Source: an uncultured Geobacteraceae bacterium (lineage in GTDB: Bacteria; Desulfobacterota; Desulfuromonadia; Desulfuromonadales; BM103). From it: 64,000 bases of DNA. The notes below the pieces were generated by a model. That model did no database searches. It was given only the letters and a program-made list of their open reading frames with translations, and was not told where the DNA came from. A program made the position numbers and the translations under genes. The stretch covers positions 14,565 through 78,564 of the forward strand of contig CAZXBD010000202.1 in assembly GCA_964638305.1 (NCBI GenBank). Reading direction: 5' to 3'. This document shows positions 62,102 to 64,000 of the stretch, piece by piece. Within the stretch, counting starts at the first letter, position 1, and each line of letters starts with the position of its first letter.

Positions 62102-62814
62102 GAGTCATTATCCAGTTGTGCCAGAGCTGCTTTCGCCGCCGTCTGCTCTGCACTTTTTTTGGTGCGACCATGGCCCGAACCGTGAGTGCGGCCATCGACC
62201 AACACATCGACGTGGTAAATACGGTCATGGGCTGGCCCGGTCGAATCAACCAATACATAGACCGGCAGATCGCGATGTGTTGCCTGCAGAAACTCCTGCA
62301 GCCGGCTTTTATAATCCTGCCCCTCATCATTTGAAGCCTGCTGCAACATAGGCACAAACAGTGGCAGGATTACTACTTCAGCAGCTTCAAAACCGTTATC
62401 GGTAAAAATGGCGCCAAACAGAGCCTCAAGAGCATCTGCCAACAAGCTCGATTTATCGCGTCCGCCACTGCGCTCTTCACCTCTACCCAGCAACAGACCG
62501 GAGCCGATATCGAGCGATCGGGCCAGACCTGCCAGACCCGGTAATGACACAACCTCCGCCCTGACCCTGGTTAGTTCGCCCTCGGGAGAGTTAGTCAAGG
62601 TTTTCATAAGGTACTGACTGATAACCAGGTCAAGTACTGCGTCGCCAAGGAATTCGAGCCGTTCGTTGTCCGGCAAATTCTCTTCAGAATGTTCGTTCGC
62701 GTAGGACCTGTGCGTCATCGCCTCGGCGAGTAGTGCACGATTATGGAAAGAATAGTTTAACGACTCTTCCAGTCTCGGCCAATTTTCTGTTTCTGCGCGG
62801 GCAGACAGATTCAT
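62098..62814 (-). CDS. rnc: ribonuclease III
   Basis: Motifs NERLEFLGDAVL and ADALEA, plus a dsRBD. Confidence 0.97.
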   Translation of the reverse strand: MNLSARAETENWPRLEESLNYSFHNRALLAEAMTHRSYANEHSEENLPDNERLEFLGDAVLDLVISQYLMKTLTNSPEGELTRVRAEVVSLPGLAGLARSLDIGSGLLLGRGEERSGGRDKSSLLADALEALFGAIFTDNGFEAAEVVILPLFVPMLQQASNDEGQDYKSRLQEFLQATHRDLPVYVLVDSTGPAHDRIYHVDVLVDGRTHGSGHGRTKKSAEQTAAKAALAQLDNDS

Positions 62815-63000
62815 AAGCAGTTCATATTACAAAAGGTTACAGACGGTGAGTAGCTCTTCAGATCAGCCACGCAAAGTTGGTTATAATACACTACCCGAAC
62901 ACATATATCAATTGCGCCTGACGATGAAATCATTATAGTATGTCATCTCGTTTTAACGGTATTCAATAACCCATTCAACCTCAACCCAAACTATTGATTT

Positions 63001-63648
63001 ATGTCACTTTTTATTACTTTTGAGGGCATTGAAGGCAGCGGCAAAACTACCCAGTTGCTGAGGTTGTTAAATCACCTTCAGGAGATAGGGCTCCCGGTTG
63101 TAGCAACCAGGGAACCTGGCGGCTGCCCGATATCCGACGCTATCCGTAAACTGCTTCTTGATCCTGAGAGCAGTACGATGGCGTCACATACGGAGCTTTT
63201 ACTGTACAGTGCGGCCCGGGCGCAGCATGTTGTCGAATTCATCCGCCCAAGCTTAGCAGAGGGGAAAATTGTGCTTTGTGACCGTTTTGCAGACGCGACC
63301 ACAGTTTACCAGGGTGCTGGCCGTGGTCTCGACATGAATCAACTCGAAGCCATCAACAATTACGCAACCAAAGGCCTGACACCAGACCTTACCCTGCTCC
63401 TCGACTACCCCGCCAAAAACGGCCTGAATCGTGCTAGAGTGCGCAATAGCAACAAGGGGATGGAGTCAGAGGGGCGTTTTGAGTTGGAAACCCTCGCCTT
63501 TCACCAACGTGTCCGTCAAGGATATCTCGAACTGGCAAACCGGGAAGAACGAATTCACATCATTGACGCGCTCGGTGAAGAAGACACAGTAGCTGCACGC
63601 ATTATGACGACTGTTGATCGTTTTCTTGCCTGCAGGAGAACGGCATGA
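63001..63648 (+). CDS. tmk: thymidylate kinase
   Basis: Motifs FEGIEGSGKTTQ, REPGG, DRF and YQG. Confidence 0.96.
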   Translation: MSLFITFEGIEGSGKTTQLLRLLNHLQEIGLPVVATREPGGCPISDAIRKLLLDPESSTMASHTELLLYSAARAQHVVEFIRPSLAEGKIVLCDRFADATTVYQGAGRGLDMNQLEAINNYATKGLTPDLTLLLDYPAKNGLNRARVRNSNKGMESEGRFELETLAFHQRVRQGYLELANREERIHIIDALGEEDTVAARIMTTVDRFLACRRTA

Positions 63649-64000
63649 CCTTTGACCAGATCCTTGGCCATGAACGACAAAAAGAGATTCTAAACCGGGC
63701 GCTGGCCAATGGCCGGCTCGCCCATGCCTATCTCTTTTCCGGTCCCGACGGCATCGGCAAACGGCTTGTGGCAATGGCCTTGGCACGAGCTATCGTCTGC
63801 CACGAACAACGCGGCTGTGGGCAATGCCTGGCCTGTCGCAAAATTGACCACCAGAACCATCCTGATCTGCACACTCTCGAGCCGGACGGCACTTCGATCA
63901 AGATTGAGCAAATCCGGTCTTTCCAGAGAGAGCTCAACCTCAAGCCATTGGAATCACCACGTAAAATCTGCATGATTGAGCAGGCGGACACAATGACAGT
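63645..64000 (+). CDS. holB: DNA polymerase III delta' subunit, 3' end truncated by the window edge
   Basis: Not in the ORF track. My translation reads MTFDQILGH..HAYLFSGPDGIGK..C....CGQCLAC..NHPDL. ATGA overlap with tmk. Confidence 0.93.
   Translation, partial: MTFDQILGHERQKEILNRALANGRLAHAYLFSGPDGIGKRLVAMALARAIVCHEQRGCGQCLACRKIDHQNHPDLHTLEPDGTSIKIEQIRSFQRELNLKPLESPRKICMIEQADTMT

Overview
A roughly 52% GC chromosomal window, most likely from a Desulfuromonadales-type anaerobic deltaproteobacterium (inferred from gene content, an HcpR box, a c-di-GMP-I riboswitch and a Geobacter-like repeat). From left to right it holds: (i) a sigma54-driven acyl-CoA/2-oxoacid block (icmF, crotonase, XRE-cupin, acyl-CoA synthetase, four-subunit 2-oxoacid:ferredoxin oxidoreductase); (ii) htpG, YjbQ and a Bax-like glucosaminidase; (iii) an accessory hotspot at about 14.8-23.5 kb with a candidate anti-SD sRNA, a tRNA-Pro 3' fragment, degenerate direct repeats around a Dcu transporter plus cNMP-domain/aspartase fusion, a tungsten AOR coupled to a double class II aldolase, and a His-rich mini-lipoprotein plus SHOCT protein; (iv) a tightly coupled minus-strand operon (tlyA, CbiF-like methyltransferase, U32, 61-aa SbcD-tail-like peptide, SbcC/YhaN-like ATPase, HIT), followed by a short RelA/SpoT protein with a degenerate synthetase and a polysaccharide deacetylase; (v) mostly housekeeping genes (rhodaneses, rbgA, PilZ proteins, AsmA, EVE, hcp, M48 protease, truA, mutM, OmpA, ugd, galE, era, rnc, tmk, holB). 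I saw no CRISPR array, rRNA, intact tRNA, integrase or transposase. All calls come from reading motifs by eye; no database searches were run. Many start codons were moved from the ORF track to the position with the better ribosome-binding site.
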